64,000 nucleotides of DNA from a virus. Lineage: Duplodnaviria; Heunggongvirae; Uroviricota; Caudoviricetes. Each line of letters begins with the position of its first letter. The stretch's first letter is position 1. Location: positions 128,001 to 192,000 of the IMG/VR virus record IMGVR_UViG_2799112330_000002. The stretch is one strand, 5' to 3'. The position numbers were made by a program, and so were the translations under genes. This document shows, in pieces, positions 10,255 to 19,471 of this stretch. The notes under the pieces were generated by a model. That model worked only from the letters and a program-made list of their open reading frames with translations. It did no database searches and was not told the DNA's origin.

Positions 10255-10285
10255 ATTTTATAAAAAATATTAAATTCATTTAAAA

Positions 10286-11314
10286 ATGATTAATAATCAA
10301 TTATTGTATATTGGACTAAACGGTTTAGCAGGATCAGGGAAAGACACACTTGCAAAAATGCTTAATGTAATACTAATGAAAGATTGGAAAAACATTGATG
10401 AATGTAAAGAATTCTATGATAAATTCTATGTTCGTCCTAATGTTTCTGCAACATATTATGAAAAGACAAAAGAATATGACAATAAAGTAATATGTCTGGC
10501 TTTTGCTGATCAGTTAAAGACAATATGTTCTGATATCTTCGGTATTCCACTTAAATATTTCTATTTCAACAAATCAACCGCATGGGTATGTATCAACCAT
10601 AATTTTGAATATACGGAAATACGTCCTGATAATGTTGTTACCTGTGAAGACTATTTCTATAATATATCAGAATATAGTGAATCAGAAACAAAATATTGGA
10701 TGTCATTACGTGATGTACTTGTCTATATAGGAACATATGTATTGCAATCCGAAGTCAATAAGAATGTATTTGTCAATATTGTCTCAAACAAGATAAACAA
10801 TCTTTTATTGAAGAATCATAGTTTGTCTTATGCTATCATAACAGATGTAAGATTCACTCATGAGATTGAATTCATCAGAAAGAATAACGGAATAACAATC
10901 AAGATAATCAGGGATAGTGTTGTTCCTTTGTCAAATATTGCAGAGCATGATCTTGATGATGAAGACAGATATGATTATGTAATCTACAATAATGATACCT
11001 ATGATGACTTGTTCAATCAGGTATGGGATATTGTCCATAGTAACAAAGAGTTTGAAAATGATGTTGTAGATATGACAACCAGAGAAAATATCAACAACTA
11101 TTTGAGAAAGATTGATGAAGATGAATATCAGGTTTGTTCTCCCTATGGTATACAACAAATTGGTCATGAAAATGGAGAGATATCAATGATAGACCTAAAG
11201 GGCGGTCCAACAATTTATATAGATCAAGAGATACCCGGTACATCTATCATACCATATAGTATTGTTATGGATGAAAATACAAGTAAGTTCATAATAAAAG
11301 GGAATAGCGATTAA
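10286..11314 (+). CDS. Deoxynucleoside monophosphate kinase (T4 gp1-like)
   Basis: GLNGLAGSGKDT P-loop, AFADQLK, RDVLVYIGT and IITDVRFTHE motifs. Confidence 0.85.
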   Translation: MINNQLLYIGLNGLAGSGKDTLAKMLNVILMKDWKNIDECKEFYDKFYVRPNVSATYYEKTKEYDNKVICLAFADQLKTICSDIFGIPLKYFYFNKSTAWVCINHNFEYTEIRPDNVVTCEDYFYNISEYSESETKYWMSLRDVLVYIGTYVLQSEVNKNVFVNIVSNKINNLLLKNHSLSYAIITDVRFTHEIEFIRKNNGITIKIIRDSVVPLSNIAEHDLDDEDRYDYVIYNNDTYDDLFNQVWDIVHSNKEFENDVVDMTTRENINNYLRKIDEDEYQVCSPYGIQQIGHENGEISMIDLKGGPTIYIDQEIPGTSIIPYSIVMDENTSKFIIKGNSD

Positions 11315-11324
11315 CTATTCCCTT
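11298..11324. terminator. Bidirectional terminator between convergent genes
   Basis: AAGGGAATAG-cgattaa-CTATTCCCTT. Confidence 0.65.
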
Positions 11325-11329
11325 AGTTT

Positions 11330-11908
11330 TTATACTTTATTTTGTGGTAATGGTTTTATGTTAGTAAATGGAAATATTTCCCAATTTGGATTCTTGCATT
11401 TCCATTTTGTTATGTCTCCAATTGTCTTTAGCCGTTCACAACCTTGAAACATACATTTTAGATCTATGTCTTCAGTTATATTCCAATTAGATATGTCCCC
11501 AATGTCTATAAGACTCCTACAGTTATTGAACATAAATGCCATGCTTTTCACATTAGATATATCCCAATTTTCTAATCCTATTACTTTTCGAAGATATTTG
11601 CAACCACCAAACATTGCAGATAGATTTGTAACATGAGATATATCCCAATCAGATACATCAACTTCAACAATGTTCCAAGATGAAAATGTATTTGAAAGAT
11701 TTTTAATATTTGATATATCCACATTATTCATATCAAGAATATTACTTTCTCCAATCTTATCACTTATTATATGTTGTAGTTCTGAAAAATTCTTTGGAAC
11801 AAGATTTGATTGAATATTGTCTCTTGATAACCTGAATTTCTCAGTTATATACCCATGCAAACATGGGATCCTTTCAGCTTCTGAAATATAGTGATTTAGG
11901 TTTTTCAT
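11330..11908 (-). CDS. DUF285/BspA-like repeat protein with capsid-targeting-like N-terminus
   Basis: WDISxVxxM/LxxMF repeats; N-terminus MKNLNHYISE...YITE. Confidence 0.75.
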   Translation of the reverse strand: MKNLNHYISEAERIPCLHGYITEKFRLSRDNIQSNLVPKNFSELQHIISDKIGESNILDMNNVDISNIKNLSNTFSSWNIVEVDVSDWDISHVTNLSAMFGGCKYLRKVIGLENWDISNVKSMAFMFNNCRSLIDIGDISNWNITEDIDLKCMFQGCERLKTIGDITKWKCKNPNWEIFPFTNIKPLPQNKV

Positions 11909-12489
11909 ACGTAATCAAATAGATGCAGTATATGTTTTGAAGATATCATTTTCTTAGTGATCTTTGGATTATTCTTTTCTGCATATCTCTTTATTGTCTG
12001 TCCAAGATTAAGATGTCTTATGTTATGAAAGAATGATTTGTCAACATGCCAATTGAATAGACAACAGTTGTATTCTTTTATTTCTTTTATGATATTTTCA
12101 TCAAACCATAATGTAGTCCATGGCTTCTTTATTCCATACCATATCAATGCTGGGTATATATGTTCTAGACCAGTTATTTCATCAATGAATGATTTCTTAA
12201 CTTTTTCATTTCCTCTTTCAAGTATTATTCTGAAATAAGCATCAGGATATTTTTCTGAAAAATATTTGCATAAGTTGTCAATTGACAAGAAAGAGAAGTC
12301 TTTTAATGTTGCCTTGTCATGACAGAATGTCCAATGCTTGTTCTTCAATGTTATACGAATATCAAAGAATCTTACATTTTCTGCGTATTGTTCATCTAAT
12401 GTCTTCTTTTGGCATCTCCAGACAAATGAAAACAATTCATTGAAGAAATTAGACTTTAGATATGTTAAAGAATCATGTGTACCTATCAT
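11905..12489 (-). CDS. PI-PLC X-domain-like phosphodiesterase
   Basis: IGTHDS, WRCQ, EQYAENVRFFDIRI and FCH motifs match the PI-PLC X-box pattern. Confidence 0.7.
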   Translation of the reverse strand: MIGTHDSLTYLKSNFFNELFSFVWRCQKKTLDEQYAENVRFFDIRITLKNKHWTFCHDKATLKDFSFLSIDNLCKYFSEKYPDAYFRIILERGNEKVKKSFIDEITGLEHIYPALIWYGIKKPWTTLWFDENIIKEIKEYNCCLFNWHVDKSFFHNIRHLNLGQTIKRYAEKNNPKITKKMISSKHILHLFDYV

Positions 12490-12508
12490 CTAAATATATA
12501 AATATATT

Positions 12509-14152
12509 TTATTTTTGAATTCTAAGTTCAGAATATTCATCTTCAAGTAGATGCTTCTTAGCAGGATTTACAAGATATGCTAATTTGCTCATTAAGTCTC
12601 TATTCAACAATACCTTTTGTTTCTTCTTTCTATTGTCAACTAAAGCAAACTTAGCATTAAGGAGTTTTCTTGTTCCTATTTGGATGCATGGGATCTCTAC
12701 AACTGTTCTTTCTTCAGTCACTTGTCCAACAATAGCTTTAGATACATCTACTTTCTTGAAGTTATATTCTTTTCCTTCAATTGTTGCAATGACATCATCA
12801 CCTTGTATAGATATCTTCTCACAGCCAATTGTTGATGCCTTTGCTCCATTTCCAGTATCAAATTTTGCTTCAAATGTTATCTCTTCTTCATTTTCCATTG
12901 TGAATGTAATGTCTTCAAGATATCCAACTGATTTTGGTGACAATACTAATTCATTTATGTCATTTATATTGTCTAATAATATTTTGCAGAAATTTTCATC
13001 AATTACATCACTTATACCTTCCGTACCAGGAGAAGCATTGAATTCAAGAACAACGTTGTCACCAATTTCTGGATTTGATCCCTTGACAAGTGGCATGATG
13101 TCAACAGCACACCAAGGCATTCCAGATATCTTTGCTACTTTAAGAGCTATCTCTTCTTGTTCTTTAGTCAATTCAACCTTTTCAGCAACAGCACCTAAAG
13201 AGACATTTGAACGGAAGTCACCACCAATCTTCTTACGTTTCATCTGAGCAAGAATCTTCTGTTTTGTTCTCATTGTCAATACATGTACTCTTATGTCACC
13301 ACCATCTGCTTCTTCTTTCTTCTGTACTAATAGTTCTCTTTCTTCATCAATAGCAAATATAGCTTGAAGGATTGAAAGAATAGTCTTGCCGTTTACCATG
13401 AATACACCAGTACCACCATGACCATCCAGGATCTTTACAACATATTCATATTTTTCAGATTCATCAGAATTCTGATCTTTATATATGTCTTTCAATTTCT
13501 TCTTAAGACTATCCATTCCGTCCTTTATGTCATTCTTAGATACTAATGTGAACTTTGGTTGTGGTATCTCATATCTTTCCATTAATACTGCGGACTGGTA
13601 TTTGTTGCATGCCTTCTTCAATGACTGAGCAGGATTGATTACAAATATACCCCAGTTCTGGATTTCTTTTATACATTCCATACATTCTTCAGACTCTTGA
13701 GCTCCAAGACGAACAATAGCAATAGTATCAATATTTGACTGATGATCAATAGTATACTTAAGCTTATCATCCCATATATCTATCTTGTCATCAGTTGCTT
13801 TATAGTTAAGCTGTTCTGCTACAAATATTTCTAGTTTGATGTCTTTTCCCTTTATAGCATCTTCCAAGTTCTTTAATGTCTTGTTCTTAGATGCATCTCT
13901 TTCATTAGTGAAGAACAATATATTTTTAAAGAAATATTCTTTGTTAGCTCCTAATGGGTCCTTTTCTGATGGTTCTATATCTAACTCATTTGTAGCTGAT
14001 TTGTCTTCTTGTGATTCACCAGGTTCTTCAAGATCTACTGGATCAATAGCAGAATCATCTTTTGGCAATAAGTCATCATCTGCTTCTAAGACTCTATTTA
14101 TGTCATTCAAATTAGTCAGATAAGTATGTAAATGTTCTTTAAACTTTTTCAT
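12509..14152 (-). CDS. rimK: RimK-family ATP-grasp ligase fused to a RimK-associated retropepsin-like protease
   Basis: VVKILDGHGGTGVF, DIRVHV, DFRSNVSLGA and VLEFNASPG motifs; C-terminal AKFDTGNG...VLLNR. Confidence 0.85.
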   Translation of the reverse strand: MKKFKEHLHTYLTNLNDINRVLEADDDLLPKDDSAIDPVDLEEPGESQEDKSATNELDIEPSEKDPLGANKEYFFKNILFFTNERDASKNKTLKNLEDAIKGKDIKLEIFVAEQLNYKATDDKIDIWDDKLKYTIDHQSNIDTIAIVRLGAQESEECMECIKEIQNWGIFVINPAQSLKKACNKYQSAVLMERYEIPQPKFTLVSKNDIKDGMDSLKKKLKDIYKDQNSDESEKYEYVVKILDGHGGTGVFMVNGKTILSILQAIFAIDEERELLVQKKEEADGGDIRVHVLTMRTKQKILAQMKRKKIGGDFRSNVSLGAVAEKVELTKEQEEIALKVAKISGMPWCAVDIMPLVKGSNPEIGDNVVLEFNASPGTEGISDVIDENFCKILLDNINDINELVLSPKSVGYLEDITFTMENEEEITFEAKFDTGNGAKASTIGCEKISIQGDDVIATIEGKEYNFKKVDVSKAIVGQVTEERTVVEIPCIQIGTRKLLNAKFALVDNRKKKQKVLLNRDLMSKLAYLVNPAKKHLLEDEYSELRIQK

Positions 14153-14185
14153 GTATATATTATCTCATATATTTTATTATGTTTC

Positions 14186-14202
14186 TATATAATTAAAAAT
14201 AA
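14186..14202 (-). promoter_or_regulatory. Putative late promoter (17-mer)
   Basis: Exact copy upstream of the rimK-like gene. Confidence 0.7.
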
Positions 14203-14290
14203 AATTTGACTATTTTAATATTATGATAAGCCACATATAAATATGTTGATGATCATATGAAAAATATAAATATATGTAAAATATAGTTAA

Positions 14291-14851
14291 ATGAAGTTAA
14301 TAATTATAGAGGGAACAGACAATGTTGGAAAAGATACACTTATTTCAAGAATTATGGAAAACTACGATGTAATGACACTCATTCATTGTGGTAAGCCAAA
14401 GTCAAAAGATCATCCAAATGAATCACAGGACAGTTTATTCAATTTCTATATAAAAAGTATAATAAACAAGAAATATAATAATTCAGATGTCATTATTATG
14501 AACAGATCTCATATAGGTGAAGCAGTCTATGGAGTATTATATAGGAATAGGGACATAAATGAAGTATTGAAGAAGATTCATGATTGGAATGTTGAGCTTA
14601 TGAAATGTCCAGACCTTGAAGTAAAGTATATACAATTATTAAGTACATCCGAAAGACTATTGAAGAACAATGAAGATGGACAGTCATTATCAAAGGGAAA
14701 TAGTTCTAATATAATAAAAGAAACAGCATTGTTTACAGAAGCATATGTAAAGTCATTTTTAGACAAGAAACTTATATATGTAGATGATAATGGAGAATTC
14801 AGGACAAAAGAAGATATATTTGATGAAGCATGGGATTTCATTAATAAATAA
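14291..14851 (+). CDS. Thymidylate kinase-like dNMP kinase
   Basis: IIIEGTDNVGKDT P-loop; NRSHIGEAVYG motif. Confidence 0.75.
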   Translation: MKLIIIEGTDNVGKDTLISRIMENYDVMTLIHCGKPKSKDHPNESQDSLFNFYIKSIINKKYNNSDVIIMNRSHIGEAVYGVLYRNRDINEVLKKIHDWNVELMKCPDLEVKYIQLLSTSERLLKNNEDGQSLSKGNSSNIIKETALFTEAYVKSFLDKKLIYVDDNGEFRTKEDIFDEAWDFINK

Positions 14852-14875
14852 AAAGATATTAGATAAGAAGATATT

Positions 14876-15580
14876 ATGATTAAGACAGAAGATATATTGA
14901 AACAGTTCAAAGAAAAGTATGATAATAAAGATTTTAGAATAATTGGCAATAATGTACAGCAAGCAAAGACAATTGAGTTACAGAATGTACAGTTTGAAGT
15001 AGATAAGCCATGGATAGTAAGAGAACCAAACTATGATTATTTCAATAGAGAGCTTGAATGGTATAAGTCAGAATCATTGAATGTGAATGATATCCCAGAA
15101 GGTGCTCCAACAATGTGGAAGTCTTGTGCAACACCAATAGGATATATTAATTCAAATTATGGGTGGATGATCTGGTCTAAAGACAACTATAATCAATTTG
15201 ATCATTGTCTACAAAAACTAATTGAGGATCCACATACAAGAGAGGCATGTATGATATATAATAGACCATCAATGCAGGAAGACTATAATAAATTTGGCAT
15301 GCATGATTTTTGTTGTACATATTCTGTTCAATGTTTCATAAATGAAGACAAAGAAGGAAAGAAGCATCTAAAATATATTGTATATATGAGAAGTAATGAT
15401 GCAGTATTTGGATTTGATAATGATGCATTATGGCATAAGTATGTTCAGCAAATGCTAAGGAATAGACTTAGTGAACATTTTAATGAAGAATTCATAGCAG
15501 ACAATATTATATGGAATGCAGGATCATTACATATTTATGAAAGACATTTCAAATATTTAGAGGATGGACAAAACGAGTGA
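14876..15580 (+). CDS. dCMP hydroxymethylase-like enzyme (thymidylate synthase superfamily, T4 gp42-like)
   Basis: ELEWYKS, INSNYGW, TREACMIYNRPSM, DFCCT (catalytic Cys), MRSNDAVFGFDND (Asp at the dCMP-specificity position), WNAGSLHIYERHF. Confidence 0.85.
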   Translation: MIKTEDILKQFKEKYDNKDFRIIGNNVQQAKTIELQNVQFEVDKPWIVREPNYDYFNRELEWYKSESLNVNDIPEGAPTMWKSCATPIGYINSNYGWMIWSKDNYNQFDHCLQKLIEDPHTREACMIYNRPSMQEDYNKFGMHDFCCTYSVQCFINEDKEGKKHLKYIVYMRSNDAVFGFDNDALWHKYVQQMLRNRLSEHFNEEFIADNIIWNAGSLHIYERHFKYLEDGQNE

Positions 15581-16154
15581 CATAAAGAGAAAGTTGTTAG
15601 ATGAGCTTAAAGCTAATAATGTAAAAGATTGCGGATATAATTGCCAAAGTGGAAGAAGATATGTAGAAGTAAAGAATGCATTGTTTGAAGTTAACAAAGA
15701 TCGTATTTTTGAAAACATTCCTAAATTGTCTTATATGGATGATTCTTGGTATGTAGCAAATTATGAGCCTTTGCTAGAAAGGAATGATCAATATAATAAA
15801 TGCATTAATAAGTTGATTGAGAATCCAGCATCACGTCAAGCAGTTCTCATATTAGTAGATCCTAAAGAATATGACAATGAAGACAAAACATTCATATGTA
15901 CAATGTATATGCATATCTTTCTCAATCATATAGAAGAAAATAAATATGAATTGGAATATATTGTGCATATGAGGTCAAATGATGCTATAGAATTCATAAC
16001 CGATCATCAATGGCACCAGAAAATTTATTTTCGAATTTTTAATGAATTAATTGAGAAAACGAACTATATTATAATAAAGAAACCTATTGTTTGGAATGCA
16101 GATACTATTCATCTATATGAGCAGTTTTGGGATCAAGCAATAGACAATTATTAA
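15564..16154 (+). CDS. Second, shortened dCMP hydroxymethylase-like paralogue
   Basis: SRQAVL, FICT, MRSNDAIEFITD and WNADTIHLYE motifs; lacks the INSNYGW segment. Confidence 0.75.
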   Translation: MDKTSDIKRKLLDELKANNVKDCGYNCQSGRRYVEVKNALFEVNKDRIFENIPKLSYMDDSWYVANYEPLLERNDQYNKCINKLIENPASRQAVLILVDPKEYDNEDKTFICTMYMHIFLNHIEENKYELEYIVHMRSNDAIEFITDHQWHQKIYFRIFNELIEKTNYIIIKKPIVWNADTIHLYEQFWDQAIDNY

Positions 16155-16173
16155 CTTATAATATATATAGAGT

Positions 16174-16857
16174 ATGAAACATAAGATATCCGCATCAATA
16201 ATGTGTGTAGACAACCTATTAGATCTACAGTCAGAAATAAAGACATTAGAAGACATAGGTATTGACTATTTGCATTTGGATGCGATGGATGGGCATTTTG
16301 TAAATAATATTACATTTGGCCCAGATATTTTCAATGCTGTTCAAAAATGTTCTTCAATTCCTTGTGACTATCATCTTATGCTTGATAATCCATTACCATT
16401 CATACAAAGACTTGATCTTAACAATAATGATATTGTGACTATTCATGCTGAGATTGATTCACAAAGATTTGAAGAAGCATTTGAATATTTGAAGACATTA
16501 AAGAAAAGAGGAGTAAAGATAGGAGTAGCAATCAATCCGGGTACATCAATAGAATCATTGGTGAAATACTTGGATGATATTGATGTGATATTAGTCATGC
16601 TTATCAATCCTGGTTTTGCTGGTCAACCTATTATTGATGGAATATTACAAAAGCCTGTATATATCAGGAAATATCTAGATTCACTTAATCATAAGAAGAT
16701 AATGATATCTGTTGATGGTGGTGTATCAGTGGAAAGAGCAAAATATCTTTCAAAGAATGGTATAGACATGTTTGTTGGTGGTACTTCTGGTCTGTTCATA
16801 AAGAATAGTGATTTGAAAAAGAATGCAGAAATATTGAGAAAGAACATAAACAATTAA
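16174..16857 (+). CDS. Ribulose-phosphate 3-epimerase family protein, D-allulose-6-phosphate 3-epimerase (AlsE)-like
   Basis: HLDAMDGHFV, DYHLM, NPGFAGQ and VDGG motifs; SIMCxD N-terminus and GGTSGLF C-terminal loop are AlsE-type. Confidence 0.85.
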   Translation: MKHKISASIMCVDNLLDLQSEIKTLEDIGIDYLHLDAMDGHFVNNITFGPDIFNAVQKCSSIPCDYHLMLDNPLPFIQRLDLNNNDIVTIHAEIDSQRFEEAFEYLKTLKKRGVKIGVAINPGTSIESLVKYLDDIDVILVMLINPGFAGQPIIDGILQKPVYIRKYLDSLNHKKIMISVDGGVSVERAKYLSKNGIDMFVGGTSGLFIKNSDLKKNAEILRKNINN

Positions 16858-16891
16858 GACATAAATAAAACATAATAATTAGATAATATAT

Positions 16892-18553
16892 ATGAAAGTT
16901 TTTATTACAACATCTGGAATTGGATCAAGACTATTAGAGCTTACAAAATATACTAATAAGTCAATGATCAAAATAGGCAAGAAACCTGTTATATCTTATA
17001 TTATTGATGAATATCCTGAAGATACAGAGTTTGTCATTTCTCTTGGATATTTTGGTGATCACATCAAACAATATCTTGAGTTAGCATATCCTGACAAGAA
17101 GATTACATTTGTAAATGTTGATAACTATGCTGGTCCAGGATCATCTCAAGTCTATTCACAATTACAAGCTGAACAATATCTTCAAGAGCCATTTATCTAT
17201 CATGATTGTGATACTATTGTTCAGAACCTTCAAGAGCAGATACCAATGGATTTCAAATATAATTTCTTAGTAGGTTATGAGACAAATTCAGAGTTATATG
17301 ATGCTTTTGATTATGATGTGAATACTAAGACAAATGACAAGTATGACTCATATAAGCTTATAAAGACATATATGAAGCCTGATTCATTAGTAGGTATGCT
17401 TTCATTCATTGGTATTTGTGGTATATATGACTATAAGACATTCTGGAAATATATGCATAAAGCTTATGAGAATGAGACAGTTCCCTATGACTTCTTGGTC
17501 TATCACAAATATGGAATGTTCAAAAACAGTCTTAGAGCAATAAAAGTTGATAACTGGACAGATACTGGAAATATTGCTGGTGTAAAGAATGCAAGAAAGA
17601 TGTTCAAGGATCAGTTCTCAATATTAGACAAGAATGATCAGGCTATCTTCATCATAAAAGACAAGGTAATCAAGTTCTTTGCTAAAGATGGAGTAGTAGA
17701 CAATCTCCTTGTTCATTATAATGCTATAAAAGAATTCTGTCAGCCAATAACTCAGAAGACAAAGAACTTTATGTGCTATGACTATATTGATGCAGAGAAT
17801 GCTATAGACAAAATGAATCCTGTAAGATTTGAGTCATTTATGAACACACTTAAGGATTCAGGTTTCTGGGACAACAAGGAATGGATTGACAAAGAATTGT
17901 TCTTTACATGTATGCATAATTTCTATCTTAACAAGAACATACAACGTGTCAATCAGTTCAAGGAATTCTATCAGGTTACAGAAGACAAAGACATCTATGT
18001 GAATGACATTCTTATTCCAAAAGAATGGACTATTGAAAGGATGCTTAATGAGATGACAAAACTTGATGAATGGAAGAATAGTGTACCTTCTGGATGGCAT
18101 GGTGATTTTGTATTAGACAATATATTATATGATAGTAAGAATGAAAAATATATATTGTTAGACTGGAGACCTAACTTTGGGGAAATCATAGAATACGGAG
18201 ATAAAAACTATGACTTTGGAAAGATGAATCATAACATCACATTCAATTTCAATAGTGCTTATAATGATTTGTTCTCCATTGATGAATCCGATCCAGATAA
18301 TATCTATATTAATATATTATGCAACAATTATGTCTATGAATGCAAAGAGGTATTAAGAAAATTTGTAGAAGAAAACTATAATGTAAGATTCCCTTATATT
18401 GAAATGATTACTGGAGCATGTTGGGTAAGTATGTCACCATTGTATTTCCTCAATCCAGTATCAAAGTTCTTGTTCTATATGGGTAAACTTACTCTTTATG
18501 TAAACTTAATGAAATTACTTGGAAATAAGATAACAACAAAATTTGACAAATAA
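16892..18553 (+). CDS. Sugar-phosphate nucleotidyltransferase fused to an APH/choline-kinase-like phosphotransferase
   Basis: N-terminal TSGIGSRL...TNKSM and WTDTG; C-terminal HGDFVLDNI, LLDWR and GDKNYDFGK. Confidence 0.8.
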   Translation: MKVFITTSGIGSRLLELTKYTNKSMIKIGKKPVISYIIDEYPEDTEFVISLGYFGDHIKQYLELAYPDKKITFVNVDNYAGPGSSQVYSQLQAEQYLQEPFIYHDCDTIVQNLQEQIPMDFKYNFLVGYETNSELYDAFDYDVNTKTNDKYDSYKLIKTYMKPDSLVGMLSFIGICGIYDYKTFWKYMHKAYENETVPYDFLVYHKYGMFKNSLRAIKVDNWTDTGNIAGVKNARKMFKDQFSILDKNDQAIFIIKDKVIKFFAKDGVVDNLLVHYNAIKEFCQPITQKTKNFMCYDYIDAENAIDKMNPVRFESFMNTLKDSGFWDNKEWIDKELFFTCMHNFYLNKNIQRVNQFKEFYQVTEDKDIYVNDILIPKEWTIERMLNEMTKLDEWKNSVPSGWHGDFVLDNILYDSKNEKYILLDWRPNFGEIIEYGDKNYDFGKMNHNITFNFNSAYNDLFSIDESDPDNIYINILCNNYVYECKEVLRKFVEENYNVRFPYIEMITGACWVSMSPLYFLNPVSKFLFYMGKLTLYVNLMKLLGNKITTKFDK

Positions 18554-18556
18554 GAT

Positions 18557-19471
18557 ATGAAGATAGCCGGAATTACAGTTGCTTACAATGAAGGTAATAT
18601 GGTGAAATATGTAATGCCATATTATGAGAAAATGGGTATTGATAAATTGATAGTCTATGACAATATGTCTACTGATGACATGTGTGAAAAACTTTCTAAA
18701 TATCCATTTGTGGAGATTCGTCATTTTGATACTAATGGGAAGTTTGATGACAGAAAGAATTCTGATCTCAAGGAAGAAGTGTCTTATGAATTACTTCAAG
18801 AAGGATATGATTGGGTATATACTGGAGACTTTGATGAAATAGTCTATTGTGAAGGTGATTTCAAGAAGGAACTTGAGAAAATTGAGGAATTAGGTGGAAC
18901 AGTACTTTGTAGAGACATGATCCAGCCATTCAATCCATTGCCTTATGACTTTGATGAGACAAAACTTATTCATGAACAATGTACTCATTTCCTTACATGG
19001 CATGACTGGTCAAGTACATGGGGTGGATCAAAGGTATTGTTGAGAAGTAAGAAAGTACCGAAGATAAAGTTGTCATTAGGTGCCCATGGAACAGGATTTC
19101 CAAAGAAGGGTATTGAGACAGATCCAGTATTGTTTGGCTATCCTTTCATCACATTCCATCTCAAATATGTTGACTTTACTGCATTAGAGCATAATTCTCA
19201 CGAAAAGCATGCAAGAATACAATGGAGATTAGATGTCCCAACATGTACAGCAGTAGATGCATCATTTACAAAACGTCTTTATTCTCGTACAATGGGTGAT
19301 GCTGGTATAAAGAATACTATAGATAAATTAATGAAGAAGACAAGTAAACTTAATATTGCTCCTGGTTGGGAATCATTCAAGGAATACTATGATAAAAACT
19401 ATAAGATGAATATGACTAAATTTAAAAATATTAAACACGTAAAAAGATTAGATTATGAACAGAACAGCTGA
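18557..19471 (+). CDS. GT-A fold glycosyltransferase (GT2-like)
   Basis: AYNE, VYDNMSTD and YDWVYTGDFDE (DxD) motifs. Confidence 0.8.
   Translation: MKIAGITVAYNEGNMVKYVMPYYEKMGIDKLIVYDNMSTDDMCEKLSKYPFVEIRHFDTNGKFDDRKNSDLKEEVSYELLQEGYDWVYTGDFDEIVYCEGDFKKELEKIEELGGTVLCRDMIQPFNPLPYDFDETKLIHEQCTHFLTWHDWSSTWGGSKVLLRSKKVPKIKLSLGAHGTGFPKKGIETDPVLFGYPFITFHLKYVDFTALEHNSHEKHARIQWRLDVPTCTAVDASFTKRLYSRTMGDAGIKNTIDKLMKKTSKLNIAPGWESFKEYYDKNYKMNMTKFKNIKHVKRLDYEQNS

Noticed and set aside
12585-14123. Plus-strand ORFs of 220 and 95 aa
   Set aside because: Antisense shadows of rimK with no independent motifs.
14876-16154. Ordinary thymidylate synthase, or a single gene split by an intron
   Set aside because: Both ORFs have MRSND with Asp at the specificity position, and each carries a full motif set, so they are paralogues rather than exons.
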